Source of the DNA: the human T2T-CHM13v2.0 reference genome, Homo sapiens
Length of the DNA stretch: 64,000 nucleotides
Direction: 5' to 3' (one strand)
NCBI RefSeq assembly: GCF_009914755.1
Contig: NC_060930.1
In this document: positions 1 through 14,358 of the stretch, piece by piece
Layout of the letters: each line of letters begins with the position of its first letter
How positions within the stretch are numbered: the stretch's first letter is position 1
Program-made: the position numbers and the translations under genes
Notes under the pieces: model-generated
Databases searched by the model: none
Told to the model about the DNA's origin: nothing
The model's input: the letters and a program-made list of their open reading frames with translations, nothing else

Positions 1-1170
1 AAGGCAAGCATCAACTTCACTCATAAAATTTTCTTCAAAGAAGCTTATCCCCAAACAACATTTCTGTCGGATTACCTCCAGCATAATTACAGTCCTTGTC
101 TCCTTCCTATAGTCAGGAACTTTTCTCCCTTGTTGGACTTTGGGCAGAAAGTGAGGCCCTTTATGATCACAGCACTCTTCCCAGGAAACCTTTTTAATCT
201 AGGCCCATTACAGCACAAGGAAGCATTTATATTTCTTCTGGTCTCAGAGCCACATGTTCTGCCGACCTTGCCTGAGTAACGTCTTCCCAGAAGCAAATCT
301 TCTGGCTGCTCTATGCCACAGCTTACTCTCTGTAAAATGGAGATAACAGTGCTGTTCTAACCTACTGATGTATATGTAAATTGGATGTTTACCTTGGCAG
401 GGAACTGAAGGTATGAATGGGGCAGAAGAAGCAAGTTGTCATTGTCCCTTCCATGTGGGCTCTTTCGTAGCTCGTTTCCTTTTGCTTCTCATCCTCTGTG
501 GCTGACATTTTGTGGTCTCACTTATTTCTCCAATGGAAATGACCCACAGAATATTCTATGGTTTCTTGTTTCTAAGAAACAAGATGTTGGCCCCCAGTAG
601 AAAGAAGCCCTCGTTGGGTAACTTGGGTGGAGTTGTAGGTGTGAATGAATGTAAGATGAGATCGTAAATGTATCTGTGCCCACACAGGCTGATATGTGAC
701 CTTCAGTAAGTCTGGACCTCAGTTTATTTATCCATGAAACGGCAGGGTCAGAACAGGTGACCTCTAAGGAATTCTGCTATGGTCTATAAATTAAATAAAA
801 CTGATTGCATTGATGGAAAAGAGATTCAATTAGGTTTGTCCACTTCTCTGAAATCAAAAGCAGCTGAAACCAAACTTTTCTAAAGAGGAAAAAATATATG
901 CTGCCCATCTTTCTGGATTCTCTAAAAAACATTTTAATATTCCCCACTTCCCCCAAACTATGCATGGGATTAACTTTACCATGTTCTGTGTCTGTGTATC
1001 CAACCTGTTAACTTTTCTTTTTAAGGCCAAATTTGCGTGACAAAAGGTAAAATTTGTATTACCCCTCCATGCAAGGCTCGTAGAAGAGAGAATAATGGCT
1101 GAATGGCCCATTCTGGATCCTCTCAAATGACATTATAACAGAAGTCCTAACTAAATGCCCTAACGTGTAA

Positions 1171-1570
<400 letters not shown>

Positions 1571-2904
1571 CTATATTCTATTCTTTAGTTAACACAAGAG
1601 GACTTTGTTCTGCACCTGCTACTGTATACATCAGATGCTGTGTCCAAACATCTCACATGTATTATCTCTGCTCAAAGTCCAGAGTAGGAAGGGTCATTTC
1701 TCAATATTACCTCAAAAACACCATGAATGCTTCATCAATATATCTTTTCTCTCAGAGGCATTCAATTCTAGGCTTGATTTTTAATTTTGGAGTGAAAAGC
1801 CTTATTTCATGGTAAAGAGATGACTGCTATCTGAAGAGAATCGGGAGTTTGGGAAGGGCTAAGGGACCCTTTCTAATGTGCTGGGTATTAAGCAGCATAG
1901 ATTCTTTCCTTTGCCAAAGGCCAAACAGTATCCAACAGAGAAAAGTGTTGCCTGGCACCATACAATCCCATTAAAAACAATAAATATAAACACATCCAAC
2001 TAATATCTGAATAGTATTCTCAAATTTGAGTCCAAAGGACAGCATGGTGGATTTTCATAACAAATTGCTGATTTGAGAATTTCCTAGGGAATCCATTGTG
2101 TATCTTAAGTTGATGGTTCGACCTGTGGACGGAACAGCCAGGCTGGCTGGCTTACAAATTGCAGCATTATTTTTCCTAAATCCCCAACATTCATGATTTC
2201 ATTTCAGTAAAACAGTAATTTAAACAATGACTAAGTGTGTAAGAAAAAATATATTGAAGGCTATGGAACAATTTATTAATAATGGTAGGACATTTTCTGC
2301 AGTACTTCTAATGTATCACTTAGGACTGTATTGATTCAGCATCAGAGTTCTTGGAAACAAGCCTCTTACCAATATCTAAGATCCTGGTGTTGTAATTGAA
2401 CTAGAAAATGTAAGATTTCCACTGTTCCTGCTGAGAATTCTTCCCAATAAATGTATGTTTTCCACTGGGGCGAAAACCACTGCTACTTGTGTTTTTAATT
2501 TTTCCTCCTGTTTCTTTTTCATATTATTCAGTTTTCTGTTTTTCTCTCCTTTACCAGAAAAACAGACATATTGGACACTATTTATTCCTCTAAGACAACT
2601 TGCACTTTAGGGGGCCATTTGAATGATAAACTTTGTTATAACTTATAGCCAGAAAATCACCAGTGTGCAGTATGAAAAAACTGAGAAAAATGCATTAATG
2701 TTTAACCCTACCCAGTGGTTGAATGAAATCTTAGTAGAGATGGGCTTTTACTAGTTCTCCTATTGTTTTATATGTTATTCTGTAAAAAAGCTTAAGAAAT
2801 GGCTCCGTTTGCAGCCTCAGTGAGGAGCCAGGACACATACTTCCAAACTTAATGAGTTATATAGTACAGCATCAGCATCAGAGCATCATTTGCTGGGAGA
2901 ACAA

Positions 2905-3040
2905 AGACCACTCGACTAGGGTTATGGTTCTGATTCCAATGCTAAGTAGATGTGTGGCCTTGGGGGAGATGTGCCATGTCTCCGAGGACCTGAAAATGAA
3001 GGGACTAGATGAGGCCATCTCTAAGGTCCTTCCACTGCTG
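2905..3040 (+). mobile_element. MIR SINE relic
   Basis: TGTGTGGCCTTGGG...TGAAAATGAAGGGACTAGATGAGGCCATCTCTAAGGTCCTTCC resembles MIR core and 3' end. Confidence 0.65.
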
Positions 3041-3299
3041 TGTGGGACACCTCGGTTTTTTGTTTTCAGGAGCTTAAGAAAAGCACTAAAGAGCTATGTG
3101 AAGAAAGCTCACTAGAAGTCCCAACACTAGAGCATTAAGTATTTTCCAGTGGAATAGAATCCTTCTAATAAAAAGAGTGCTTAGGAAAAGTAGCAACATG
3201 AGTTTCACTGGAGTGGAAAGGGAGGTGGCCCACTCCTCTGACTAGATAGTTGTAGAGCTAGCTTCTCCTCCTAGGTGTGTTGGGCTGTATATGCCCAGG

Positions 3300-3772
3300 A
3301 GTAGCGGATGCTGTGGTGTGCTATTCAGATACCCCCTCCAGCAAGGACACTCATTCTCCAAGGCACTGAGAGTATTTGCTCCTGTTGTCTAACAGCCAAA
3401 TCCCTCTCTTGGAATTGCTCTTAGCTGAAGGAAGCTACTTTGGGCAAGTTTACACTCTGTCCCTGGGATAGTCTGCTTCTAATGGCTCATGAGCTGGGGC
3501 TGGGGGCAGGGCGGTGGTGGGAGGAACAAAGTCTCAGCTCTGTTGCCTCAATTTGAGACAATTCTGAAGTTGCATCCAGTTCAGAGGCCCTGGTGGGATT
3601 GTGGGATCCTCTGAGGCTTCTGCTGCAATTGCATCACAGTTCACTTTCTCTCTCTGCTCAGTTTTGCTTCCCTCATCCTCTTTTGAATAACGTTCACGAG
3701 AGGACTCTCCGATAAATCTCCTACAGCCAAATTTTCATCCTGGAGTCTGTCTCTGAATAATCCACCCAAGGT
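3300..3772 (+). mobile_element. LTR16-family (ERVL) LTR
   Basis: Starts GTAGCGGATGCTGTGGTGTGCTATTCAGATACCCC; ends ATAAATCTCCT...GGAGTCTGTCTCTGAATAATCCACCCAAG, like LTR16A/C termini; possible ERV3-16A3-type internal sequence follows. Confidence 0.7.
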
Positions 3773-3793
3773 GCCAGAAGAGGAGAAAGACCC

Positions 3794-4012
3794 TGTCAGA
3801 GCCAGTGGCTCATCCCTGTAATCCCAGCTAGTTGGGAGGCTGAAGTGGGATAATCTCCTGAGTCCAGGAGTTTGAGAGTAGCCTGGGCAACACAGCAAGA
3901 CCCCATCTCTAAAAAAGTTTTTTTTAAATTAACCAGGCATGGTGGCATGTACCTGTATTCCCAGCATGCCATCCTAGGCAACAGAGTGAGACCTTGTCTA
4001 TAATAAATAAAT
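3794..4012 (+). mobile_element. AluJ-type SINE with large right-arm deletion
   Basis: Left arm with CCTGGGCAACACAGCAAGACC (J type); right arm jumps from TATTCCCAGC to CCATCCTAGGCAACAGAGTGAGACC; (TAAA)n tail; TSD AAGACCC at 3787-3793 and 4013-4019. Confidence 0.88.
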
Positions 4013-4491
4013 AAGACCCACTGAGAGATGGGTTGAGGTGGGATACAGTGGAATAACAATACAAGGAAGGATAGGGCAAAGGAAAACTGGAAGATGATGG
4101 GATCCTATCAGGTTGGTTTTAGCACAGATCATATATTCAAATAAAGTATTTCCTCCGTCTAAGCTAGAAATGACCCACTTTGTCAGTTTTCTGGGGGCTC
4201 TGTGGTAGGAGGCAGTCAATATTTTAGTAGAGGGAGCATGAGATGGCAGGCTCTGGTGATTGCCAAGATTTTTTTCACTATTGATGCAATCTTGGAGCCA
4301 GTGGAGGAGCTCAGGGGTACTTCTGGAGAATGGAGTGCATGGAAGCACATGCATTTCTGAGAAAGAATAAAATCCAAGCCACCAGAGGTGGAAGCAAGAG
4401 GATTCCAGACACCTGACACCAAGCAGCACCTCCTGCGCAGGAGAGTACTCACAGCTCCAAGCCAGAAGGTCCTTGGTTGTGATAGAGATCC

Positions 4492-4494
<3 letters not shown>

Positions 4495-4536
<42 letters not shown>

Positions 4537-4563
4537 CAGAGAGACAGAGAGACAGAGAGAGAG
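4495..4563. repeat. (GA)n/(GAGACA)n microsatellite
   Basis: Seen directly. Confidence 0.97.
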
Positions 4564-5063
4564 GAAGGCAGACTTGTTCTCTGAATACTGGATCAGGAGG
4601 GCTGAATTTCTTAAGGTACAGTCTCAGGAGACATCATGGTACATTTCCTTTTTTACTCTCCTTTCTGGGTAAGTCACTGGAGGAGCTTGTTGAGAAAACA
4701 GATACTCAAGAGGCAAGCAGCTTGGGAAGGGGAGAGGTACAGTGTTGATACATTCAAAGACTATTATTCAATACAATGCCTAAATATTTCTGAAACACAC
4801 TAGAAGTTGTCAACACATCCTGCTCCCTCTCTTTCTACATTTTATAATGGTGCAGCTGTTTTTTTGATCATGCAGAATTCCATATTTGTATTTACTATAT
4901 TTCATCTTATTTTATTTGGACCTTGACTCCAGCTGATTGTGTATCTATTCCCTTCTGATTCAGTCATTCATTGTGTTCTATTCCTCATACTCCACCCCCA
5001 TTCTTTCTCCAGCCTGCTTTGTGCTGTCTATGATTTTGTTAAAAATATACCACAGATATCCTC

Positions 5064-5429
5064 TGTCTTAGTCTGTTCAGGCTGCTATAAGAACATACTA
5101 TGAACTGGGTGTTTTATAAGCAAAAGAAATTTATTTCTCACCATTCTGGAGGCTGGAAGTCTGGGTTCAGGGTGCCAGACTGGTTGGGTTCTGGTAAGGG
5201 TCCTGTTCGATGTTGCAGACTGCTGACTTCTCCTTGTATGCTCACATGGCAGAAAGAGGGGAAGAGAGCTCTTTGGGGCCTCTTTTAAAAGGGCACCAAT
5301 CCCATTCATGAGGGCTCCACCATCATGACCTAATCACCTCCCAAAGGCCCACTCCCTAACCCCATCACAGTGGAGATTAGGATTTCAACACAGGAATTTA
5401 GGGGAGACACAGACATTCAGTCCATTGTA
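5064..5429 (-). mobile_element. MLT1A0/MLT1A-type MaLR solo LTR
   Basis: TGTCTTAGTCTGTTCAGGCTGCTATAA...GGAGGCTGGAAGTC...GACACAGACATTCAGTCCATTGTA; ~365 bp. Confidence 0.88.
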
Positions 5430-5576
5430 TCCATTTATAATAATTAAACTGGTTACATTTTTTAAGCATCTTCAAGAAACATTAGCTGTTGATACAGTAA
5501 AATATACACAAGACTTTCATCTTTCTTTCTAATTACAGCATTGGATATTTTTCTTTCCTGTTTATGACACTGCCCA

Positions 5577-5945
5577 TGTATCAGTGAGCATTCTTGGATG
5601 CAGATTACAGACATCTACTCTTATTAATTTAAGCAGAAAATAAATTTATGGAAGTGAATCAGGTCATCCATAGAACAAATAAATGATTGGAGAAATGGAT
5701 TCAGAAAATGGACGGGAATGCAGAGGCCAGACACTTGGGAACACAGCAGAGGTCACCCTGCAGTTACATTCCAGGTATGCTACCCCCACAGGCACTACCT
5801 TCTTCATGGCTACATCAGCACGCTTGCTACTGGAGGTTGTCACGGACACTCATCCAAGGAGGAAGTCCCCACAGTGGGACTGAGGTTTCTATGCTGGGTC
5901 AGCCTATTTGGTTATCCAGTCTCCAGATAACATATTTCTTCCACA
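5577..5945 (-). mobile_element. MLT1N2/MLT1M-type MaLR LTR (3' LTR, internally deleted)
   Basis: TGTATCAGTGAGCATTCTTGGATGCAG...TTAAGCAGAAAATAAATTTATGGAAG...GGGAACACAGCAGAGGTCAC...ATGCTGGGTCAGCC. Confidence 0.7.
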
Positions 5946-8900
5946 CTAATCTTAAAACAATACCTCTCAATATGACGCAACTCCATGGGCAATTAAATAT
6001 ACCTACTCCTTTTCCCCAAAGGGAGACATCCCACATTCTCAATATCTGCTTATGGCTCCACGTTACAGCCTTCCAGGTGGTGGGCCATTTCTCTCCTTAT
6101 TCTGCGGTGATCTTGGTTAGATATTCTGCAACCTATGGAGCAAGTTTAAAGTTGGCCACAGACAACACACCCTATAGGTAACTGTGGGGGAGAGAGATAG
6201 AAACCAAAAGGGAAATTGAAACATATAAAATCACATTTCTACAACAAAGAGAAATTATGGATGAAGGCTCTAGAAATTATGGATAACTGGCAAGAAAGCT
6301 AGTTCATGAAGTTAGTGTTTAGCACCTTCCTTCTCCACAACCAATCCGTGTTCCTTTTGCTTCTCCCTAGCAACTCATTTGATCTGGTTTCTTACCCAGC
6401 GTGGAAACCCAAATGTTGGCGATCCTATCTACAAGGGATGTAAAGGTCCATTATCTTCTGCCACTGGGAATGATAGAATAATGAGTCAACATAAAGGCTC
6501 CTCTGGTTTCCATTTCCATAACCCTTTTTGCTGCATGCAACAATCCTAATCCTGACTATCAAAAAGATAGTATCAGTAACAGAAGACAGCCTGTTTATTC
6601 ATAGGGGCCTAAAATGTCTATGCGGCAGTCTCAGATCCCATAATATCATTGGCCTGTAGAGATGGAAGTTCTCCCTTTATTATGAAAACCTCTAAACTTG
6701 GAAGAGCCCAGAATTGAGGAAGCTGAGTAAAAATAAATTGTAAATGGGTCATTTATCTGAGAGTGACTATTCATGCATTTACCCCTTAGATTCCAGAGAC
6801 TTTGATTCTACCTATGGAAAGATAGTAACATCTATTGTTCATAGCATCAGAATGTATATTGCATTTTATAAGACTGCACCCCAACTTGAGAAGGAGTTAT
6901 CTCCCTGCTGAGACTGAGTCATATAGATGACGTCACTACTCTACAAAGCCATCTGCATCTGGTTGATGCTGTGTTTTGAGATCCTGAATTCCATCGGCAT
7001 CATCCCACTGCCTGAGTTCTTTAATTGCAAAGTGAATTCCTGAATGCAATTTTATTTTATGGGATACTGTGATTATGTGCAAGGTGCTCAGTAGGTTCAC
7101 AGGTGATGTTGTTTGCAGAAAAATGATGGGCAGAGAAGACAAATCTAAATCCAGAATGCCCTCATACTTGCAAGGACCGACTATTATCCCCTTCTTGAGG
7201 GAACAGGGTCAAATAGAATCAATGTGGCACTGAACATATGACTGGTGACCTTGAGGTATGATTATCAGAATAGGAGCTCTGGCTTTGCTGCTGCTGGGGA
7301 CAAACCAGTCAATGGACTAATCATCTTGGTCAAGTTTAAAATCCATGTTTTGAATTTATGGCTAACCTCTAACTATGCTACCTTGCCCCCTTGTTCATAA
7401 GTTAAAGCACTAGAGTGGTTAGGAAAGGAAGCTAACAGATGCCCACAGGGTAGATCATCTTGTGTATATGTTTATTTAAAGTCCTCTTACTTTAGGGGAC
7501 TTTTTGCGAATACTCATAGGAGATGTGAATGTTTTCAAACTTTGGGCTCATTCTGAGAGGTCTTCTCACATACCTTTTACCCTTAGATTCTTGTTGTACA
7601 TTCTCTAATCTTGTTCTAGAATGCCTGGCAAAACCATCATTTACTGACAATGAATCAATGTGGAAACTTACCCCAGATAATCTCTCCACAGGTAAAGTTC
7701 ATAAAATGCAGCCACTGAGGGATTACCAATGTATTTCTCCTCTCCACAATCCTCTTGGGCCACTTCTAAACTGGCTGAAATGTTGTGGCATTCTGTCTAG
7801 TGTCAATAGTATTGTCTATATGATGATCACAAAGTATTTTGATTCTCCTGGAAAATTACTCAGGAAGCCATAGGTAGTTTTAGAGGGGGCAGAATTGTGA
7901 AAGGAGTAAATACGCTGGGAGTGTGAATGATTACTAGTGCCTTCCTGATCTGCTCACTTCCAATTCCACGTAAATTACTTTGAGTTAATGATGGACTGCT
8001 GCTGGGAAGACGTGAATTTGTGAACGGAGGAGCGTATAATGTCCAAGTCTTACTAGTCAACTCAGACTGCATGTCACTTGATATCCCATGACCAGATTGA
8101 TCTCCGGTAGTACCCAGTTACAGGGCAAGTGTCATTTGTCAAAAAGAGAATAGTTATTTGCTGAAACAAACATGGGTTTGCTCTAAAATTCTCAGGCCTT
8201 GATGCCTACTCATCTATTTTTGTTCTACAGGTCCTGTGATCAATTAACTACTTCCTAAGACCTCTGTGAATAGGACCATCTTGTTTCCCACACTGGTGCT
8301 GCTGCCTTCTCTGATTACTGTTTTGGTGACCACTTTGCATCTCACACTCTGGAATCCTCCCACTCTATTAAAATTAACGAATGTATATCTGAACTGTAGC
8401 ATCACAAGATATAGGAAATCATCACTAAAGTGCTGTTCACAAATGCTGGCATTCCCCAGGTTCATTTCTCATTGTTTGAGAGTGAGGACAGGAAAAAAGC
8501 ATGTGCATCTAGTCCAACATTCCTAGCTTCCAGAGACAGTAAACACTCTTCTCTATATGCAGCCAATACATTTTTGTCAATGGGCCTATGCTTAGGGTGG
8601 ACTATCATAATATTGCATAGTGTGAACCAGTCTTGCATACTCAGACTTTCTCTCAAATAGATGCTGTGTTGGATTTGGGATTAAATTTGTTCTCCCTTGT
8701 TCTAGTATACTCAGAATACATTCCAATACTCACTAGTCAGATTTTCAATAATCTAGAATAACCAAATCCAGCAATACTTTGGTGTATGTAAGATTCCTCC
8801 TACTCAGTTTGGCTTTTAATTAGCTCGTTGGAGCATGTGAGGCTTTAAGTTTGATAAAAGACATGGACACCCTGAAAGAGCTGGGACTTTAGCACTGGCT

Positions 8901-9440
8901 TCACTCTTGAATGAGAATCCACCCATAGGACAAAGAGACCCTTATTTGGACAAATACTTTTCATGGGTTTATGGTTTCAAGATGCTTTTCCAATCCTAAG
9001 AGTTTTGCTCATGCCTAATCAATGCTTTTATTTTCACTGAGAAATGGTGAGACTGGGAATTCCAATGTTATTGTAATTGAACAACCATTAGGGTGAAACT
9101 TTCAGCTTAGTTTAGCAATCTCAGTTATGTAGTTATGAGCTATAAGATATTCTGGTAAGCTCTATGCCTTACATCATGCAGTATGGAGACTTGAAATTGC
9201 TATTTTCTTTTTTTAAGCTGGCAAGTGCTGTTAAGAGCAGCCACCTGACCTTGCTCTCTTGAATTCTTAGACTCCTCTTGCTTCTCTTTTGCAATCATTC
9301 CAAGTTCCTCTTTTGTAACCATGTGTATCATGAGCTTTCATATTTCTATCCTGAAATATTGATATGACTTTGACTGACATTTGCCTCAACCTAGGACAGG
9401 CAACCAATGTCTTATTCCCATGTGTTTCTAAGGCTCTGTT
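5946..9440 (-). mobile_element. Degenerate ERV-L/MaLR internal region with gag, RNase H, integrase and dUTPase remnants
   Basis: Minus ORF 6936-7142 GIHFAIKELRQWDDADGI..HQPDADGFVE resembles ERV-L integrase core (GTHFTAKEVRQWAHAHGI..HHPEAAGLIE); ORF 7492-7689 VSFHIDSLSVNDGFARHSRT resembles RNase H (VRLYTDSWAVANGLAGWSGT); dUTPase-like DNA ~6480-6720; gag-like DNA ~8900-9400. Confidence 0.78.
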
Positions 9441-9443
9441 TTC

Positions 9444-10024
9444 TATAACCCTGATTGCTTGAGTGTAAGTAACAGAAGATGATTAAGTTAATCTGAAATG
9501 GACTTGGCAAAATAGTAGCTCAAAGAAACAATTGGAAGACTCCTAAAATTAGCAGAAACTAAGGAAGGCTTGGCAGTAGAAACAAATGCATTATATTAAA
9601 GAAACAACCTGGTTAGAGTGCCACTATTATCACTTTTCTACCACACTTTCTAGGCATGCTAGGCATGCTAACCACCAGCATTCAAAACTGCAACACCACC
9701 TTCATCACTACATGCCACCACTATTCATGAATTCTAACTCTTAATGTCACTACTACTATTAATGGATTTTAACTCTTACTTTGTCTTAATGTCACTTGCT
9801 CAAGCTTCAAAGTTCTCACTGTGGTATCTAATTGTCCTGTTATTGGCCACATGCCTGCACCTTAACTCTCAGGGCTGGGTGGAGAGATGGAGTGTCTGGT
9901 CCCGTCTTTCATTTATACAGGAAGTTATGGCTCCCTTTAAACAAAGACTCTCACAGTGGAGATCCCTCTGAAATAAGAATGAGTTTATATACTGGGAAAC
10001 CAAATATGACAAACATTCACTTCA
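9444..10024 (-). mobile_element. MLT1N2/MLT1M-type MaLR LTR (5' LTR)
   Basis: GTAAGTAACAGAAG...CCTGGTTAGAGTGCCAC...GTCACTTGCTCAAGCTTCAAAGTTC...GCCACATGCCTGCACC...ACTGGGAAACCAAATATGACAAACATTCACTTCA. Confidence 0.75.
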
Positions 10025-10203
10025 AGCACAAATGCTGTTATTAAGAAAAGAGAAATTAGTGGCGTGACTTCCACGTTGACTACATTTTAGTAGTTAACCA
10101 CCAAGTAACTGTTGGAGAGACGATTGGTTATTACCTGACAAGTGTGCTCATCTAATACTGGTAATTAGGTACTACCAGATCTTGAATATTCTCTGTGTTC
10201 TTT

Positions 10204-10786
10204 CTTTTTAAATATAATTTATTTATTTTTATATATTTAAGGGGTACAAGTGCAGGTTTCCTACATGCCTATATCGTGTAGTAGTGAAGTCTGGGGTTTA
10301 GTGTACCCATCGCCTGAGTAGTGATCATTGTACCCAAAAGGTAACTTTTCAGCCCTCACTTCCCTCCCACCATCCCACCCTTCCACCTTTTGTAGTCTCC
10401 AATATCTATTATTTCATTCTGTATGTCCGTGTTTACCCGTTTTTTAGCTCCAACTTGTCAGTGAGAACATGCAGTATTGGACTTTCCATTTTTGCGTTAT
10501 GTCACTAAGTCTACTGACTTTCAATTCTCTTTGCATTGCTGTAAAAGACATGATATTCTTTTTATGGCAGAGTATATTCCATGGGATGTATATATACCAC
10601 TCTTTATCCAGTTATCCACTGACGGACACTTGATTCCAGGTCTTGCTATTGTGAATTGTGCTGTGATAAATGTACGAGTGCAAGTATCTTTTTCTATACG
10701 GTTTATTTCCCTTTGCTTATATACCCAGTTGTGGGATTGCTGGATTGAATGGTAGTTTTATTTCCAGTTCTTTGAAAAATCTCCAT
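10204..10786 (-). mobile_element. L1 3' end (L1PB/L1MA-type), 5' truncated
   Basis: GGGGTACAAGTGCAGGTTTC...GTGTACCCATC...AGTGAGAACATGCAGTATT...ATACCCAGTTGTGGGATTGCTGGAT. Confidence 0.88.
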
Positions 10787-10871
10787 TTCTGCTCTATTTC
10801 TTTCATAATCTAACTATATTAATTGGTCAAGATTTTAAACTTTCCCGGTCATGATAGAGAGGGCTGGCGCC

Positions 10872-11190
<319 letters not shown>

Positions 11191-12137
11191 TTACACGGCT
11201 TGCTTTCCCAAATTTCTGTTTTGAGCAATGTTCCTATGCTGCCTGTTTGGGGTTGGTTGGTAGGGCCTGTGGGAGGGCTGTGCTCTTGACTTTGTACACT
11301 GATCCCACTGGTGTGAGTAGAAGATAATTTTGTAGGGGCTGCTGATACTCACAGACTCATTTTTAGAACCTATCAATTGAAGGTCTCTACCTGGAACAGA
11401 TGATTTTAACTCAATCTTCCCATCCTTCTTCTGAGATGCAGGACTACAGCAGGAACATACTTGTGATGAGAGAGGGGGGTGATTTATTTAGCTGCAAGTC
11501 CCATCGAGATTGGAGGGTAACGGAGAAGCTTTGAAAGCAAATTCCCACAGTGAGAAAGAGTAGGTGCCATAAAAATTCAATTTTACCAAGGGCTAAATGA
11601 GGGTTGTTTTTTTCCCCCTTATTTTGAATTTTGTTTGTTCTGAAATAGAAATCCTTTTCTTTTTTCTTTTACTTGACTTCCATTCTCGGCTCTTGTCTAG
11701 GGACCCTATTTAGGATTAAAATAAATGGACCATTTCAGCATAAATGTAGCAGTGCAGGAAAGAGTGTGGAAAGTGCTTACTGCATAAAACACATCCCTTT
11801 CTGATTCATTACATCCCTTTTCTGCTGTATATAAGTGGACACCTTTCGCTGACTCACTACAGGGTAGCTGAGCACATGTATTTTGAAGGGAGGAGACATT
11901 TTCTTCCAAAATACATAGGACTAAACCATAGATCAAATAGACTTATCACAATCAATCAATTAACAAAAGGGACCTTTAGAAACTTGTCTCATCCAAGCTT
12001 GACATCTTATTTTCCAGGAACAGAGATATGTTTACAGAGGATAAACTGATTAGAACATAGTTTAGACAGGAAAAACTGATCATTGATAGTAATTAGTTTC
12101 TTAAAAAAGAGGAAACATTTTATTTTATTATCAGTAC

Positions 12138-12424
12138 TTTTTTTTGAGAGAATTTCGCTTTTGTCACCCAGCCTGGAGTGCAATGCACAGTCTTGATTCA
12201 CTGCAACCTCTACCTCGCGACCTCAAGTGATTCTCCTGTCTCAGCCTCCCAAGTAGCTGGGACTACAGGCACCTGCCACCACACCCGGCTAAGTTTTGTA
12301 TTTTTAGTAGAGATGAGGTTTCACCATGTTGGGCAGGCTGGTCTCGAACTCATGACCTCAGATGATTTGCCTGCCTCAGCTCCCAAAGTGCCGAGATTAC
12401 AGGCATGAGCCACTGCACCGGGTC
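12138..12424 (-). mobile_element. AluS (Sq/Sx-like)
   Basis: TTTCGCTTTTGTCACCCAG...GACCTCAGATGAT...CCACTGCACCGGGTC. Confidence 0.94.
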
Positions 12425-13633
12425 AAAAGTAAAATTTTTTAAAAAGCAAACTGGAAACTGAAATATGAGATGTCACTAAAGCAAGCAAGGGAAATATTAG
12501 AACACCTTTTTGGATCAGTTATCTTTTATCTGTATTTTCAAGCCTGTAGTTTTCAAAAATATTTGAGTACAATCAAAAGGAAAGATCTTAGTGGAAGCAT
12601 CTATGTACTATTAAGATCAAGTTACTTGAGGATTTGAAGGGCACTGTAATAATGCTATCCTTAGATTTTTTTTAAGATGGGAGAATGTACAAATGTCAAA
12701 GCAGGAGGCCAAAATTACACTAACAGAAATGTGTATGGTGGTCCGTCATTTTCAAATAGACATAATCACATTTTGTATTCAGTAATGGTTCCTGGTAATC
12801 AGGAGTATTACAGCAAACCAAATTTGAATTTATCTAGGGCAGGAAGATGTAAGGAATCTGGAATGGACATTTTAAAACTCTCAACTAGTCAATGGGTTAT
12901 ATTTAGAAATACACTCAAAGTTCATAGTCCTACCTATGTGTCATGAGGAAGAGAAAGCTTATAAATATTCATGAACAATGGAAGGTTTTCTGTATTTCAA
13001 TGGTACACAGAAGCAATCTAAGCCTTGAGAGCCTGGCATTGATATCTATTCTGAAAAGCAAGACAAAGCTAGCACAAATTTCCTTTTGAATGAGAGTTTT
13101 CTCTGCTTCTAATCCCAAAGTTGGGGCAAATGATCTCAATTTATATGATCCTGACATTTTTAATGGCTCTTATTGCTATAGAAATTGGCTACAGTAGACT
13201 CTGTACCTGTCTTCAAATGACAGACTTCCACATGGACAACAGAACTCATTCATATGTACAAATACCCACAGCATCATCTTTAGTGGTTTGTAAACTTCAC
13301 TTTCTTGCTCTGAATAATCCGAAATTGTAATTTTTTGATTAATGTTATGCTTCTTTCTCGATCATCTCCAAATATCATCAGCATCCGAGGAATGAACAGC
13401 TACAGGGAATTCAAAATATATTAAAATCAATATTTTTAACATTGACATTATTTGTTAATTCAATTTCCACAGAATCTGCACACTGCAATCATACTGCATT
13501 GCGCATCATTATCACTTCTGTGATTAAGCATTTCTTAATGATAGCAAAACTAATACTTAAGGTAAAAAGAATCTGGAACATCAACTAGCTGATCCTTCTG
13601 AACCCAGGAATTCCAGACTTTGTACCATCCTAA

Positions 13634-14051
<418 letters not shown>

Positions 14052-14358
14052 TAGAATACTTTTTCTTGATATGAGTACTGTATATTGGATGAACCATACA
14101 CACCCCTGCAGTTTGTCATCCTTATTACCATTTCATATCATGCTTTTCTGTTACCGTACTTCTTACAATTGCTATTAATGACATATACAAATATTTTTTA
14201 AACATTTTGTTTGTTTGAACACTTCTGAATATTGTTATGTTCCATGAAGTAGAAAACCATGTTGATCTTCCATACAGCTTTACCTTGTTCCCATATGCTG
14301 CCGGCTGAATTGTCCTAACCTTGATATAGTGAAGTCCTAAGATAAATCGAAGTCCTAA

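Noticed and set aside
3496-3523. G-quadruplex-like GGGGCTGGGGGCAGGGCGGTGGTGGG
   Set aside because: Lies in a decayed LTR; such motifs are common and nothing suggests function
5687-6181. 164-aa ORF
   Set aside because: Antisense to a decayed LTR/internal boundary; no recognisable homology
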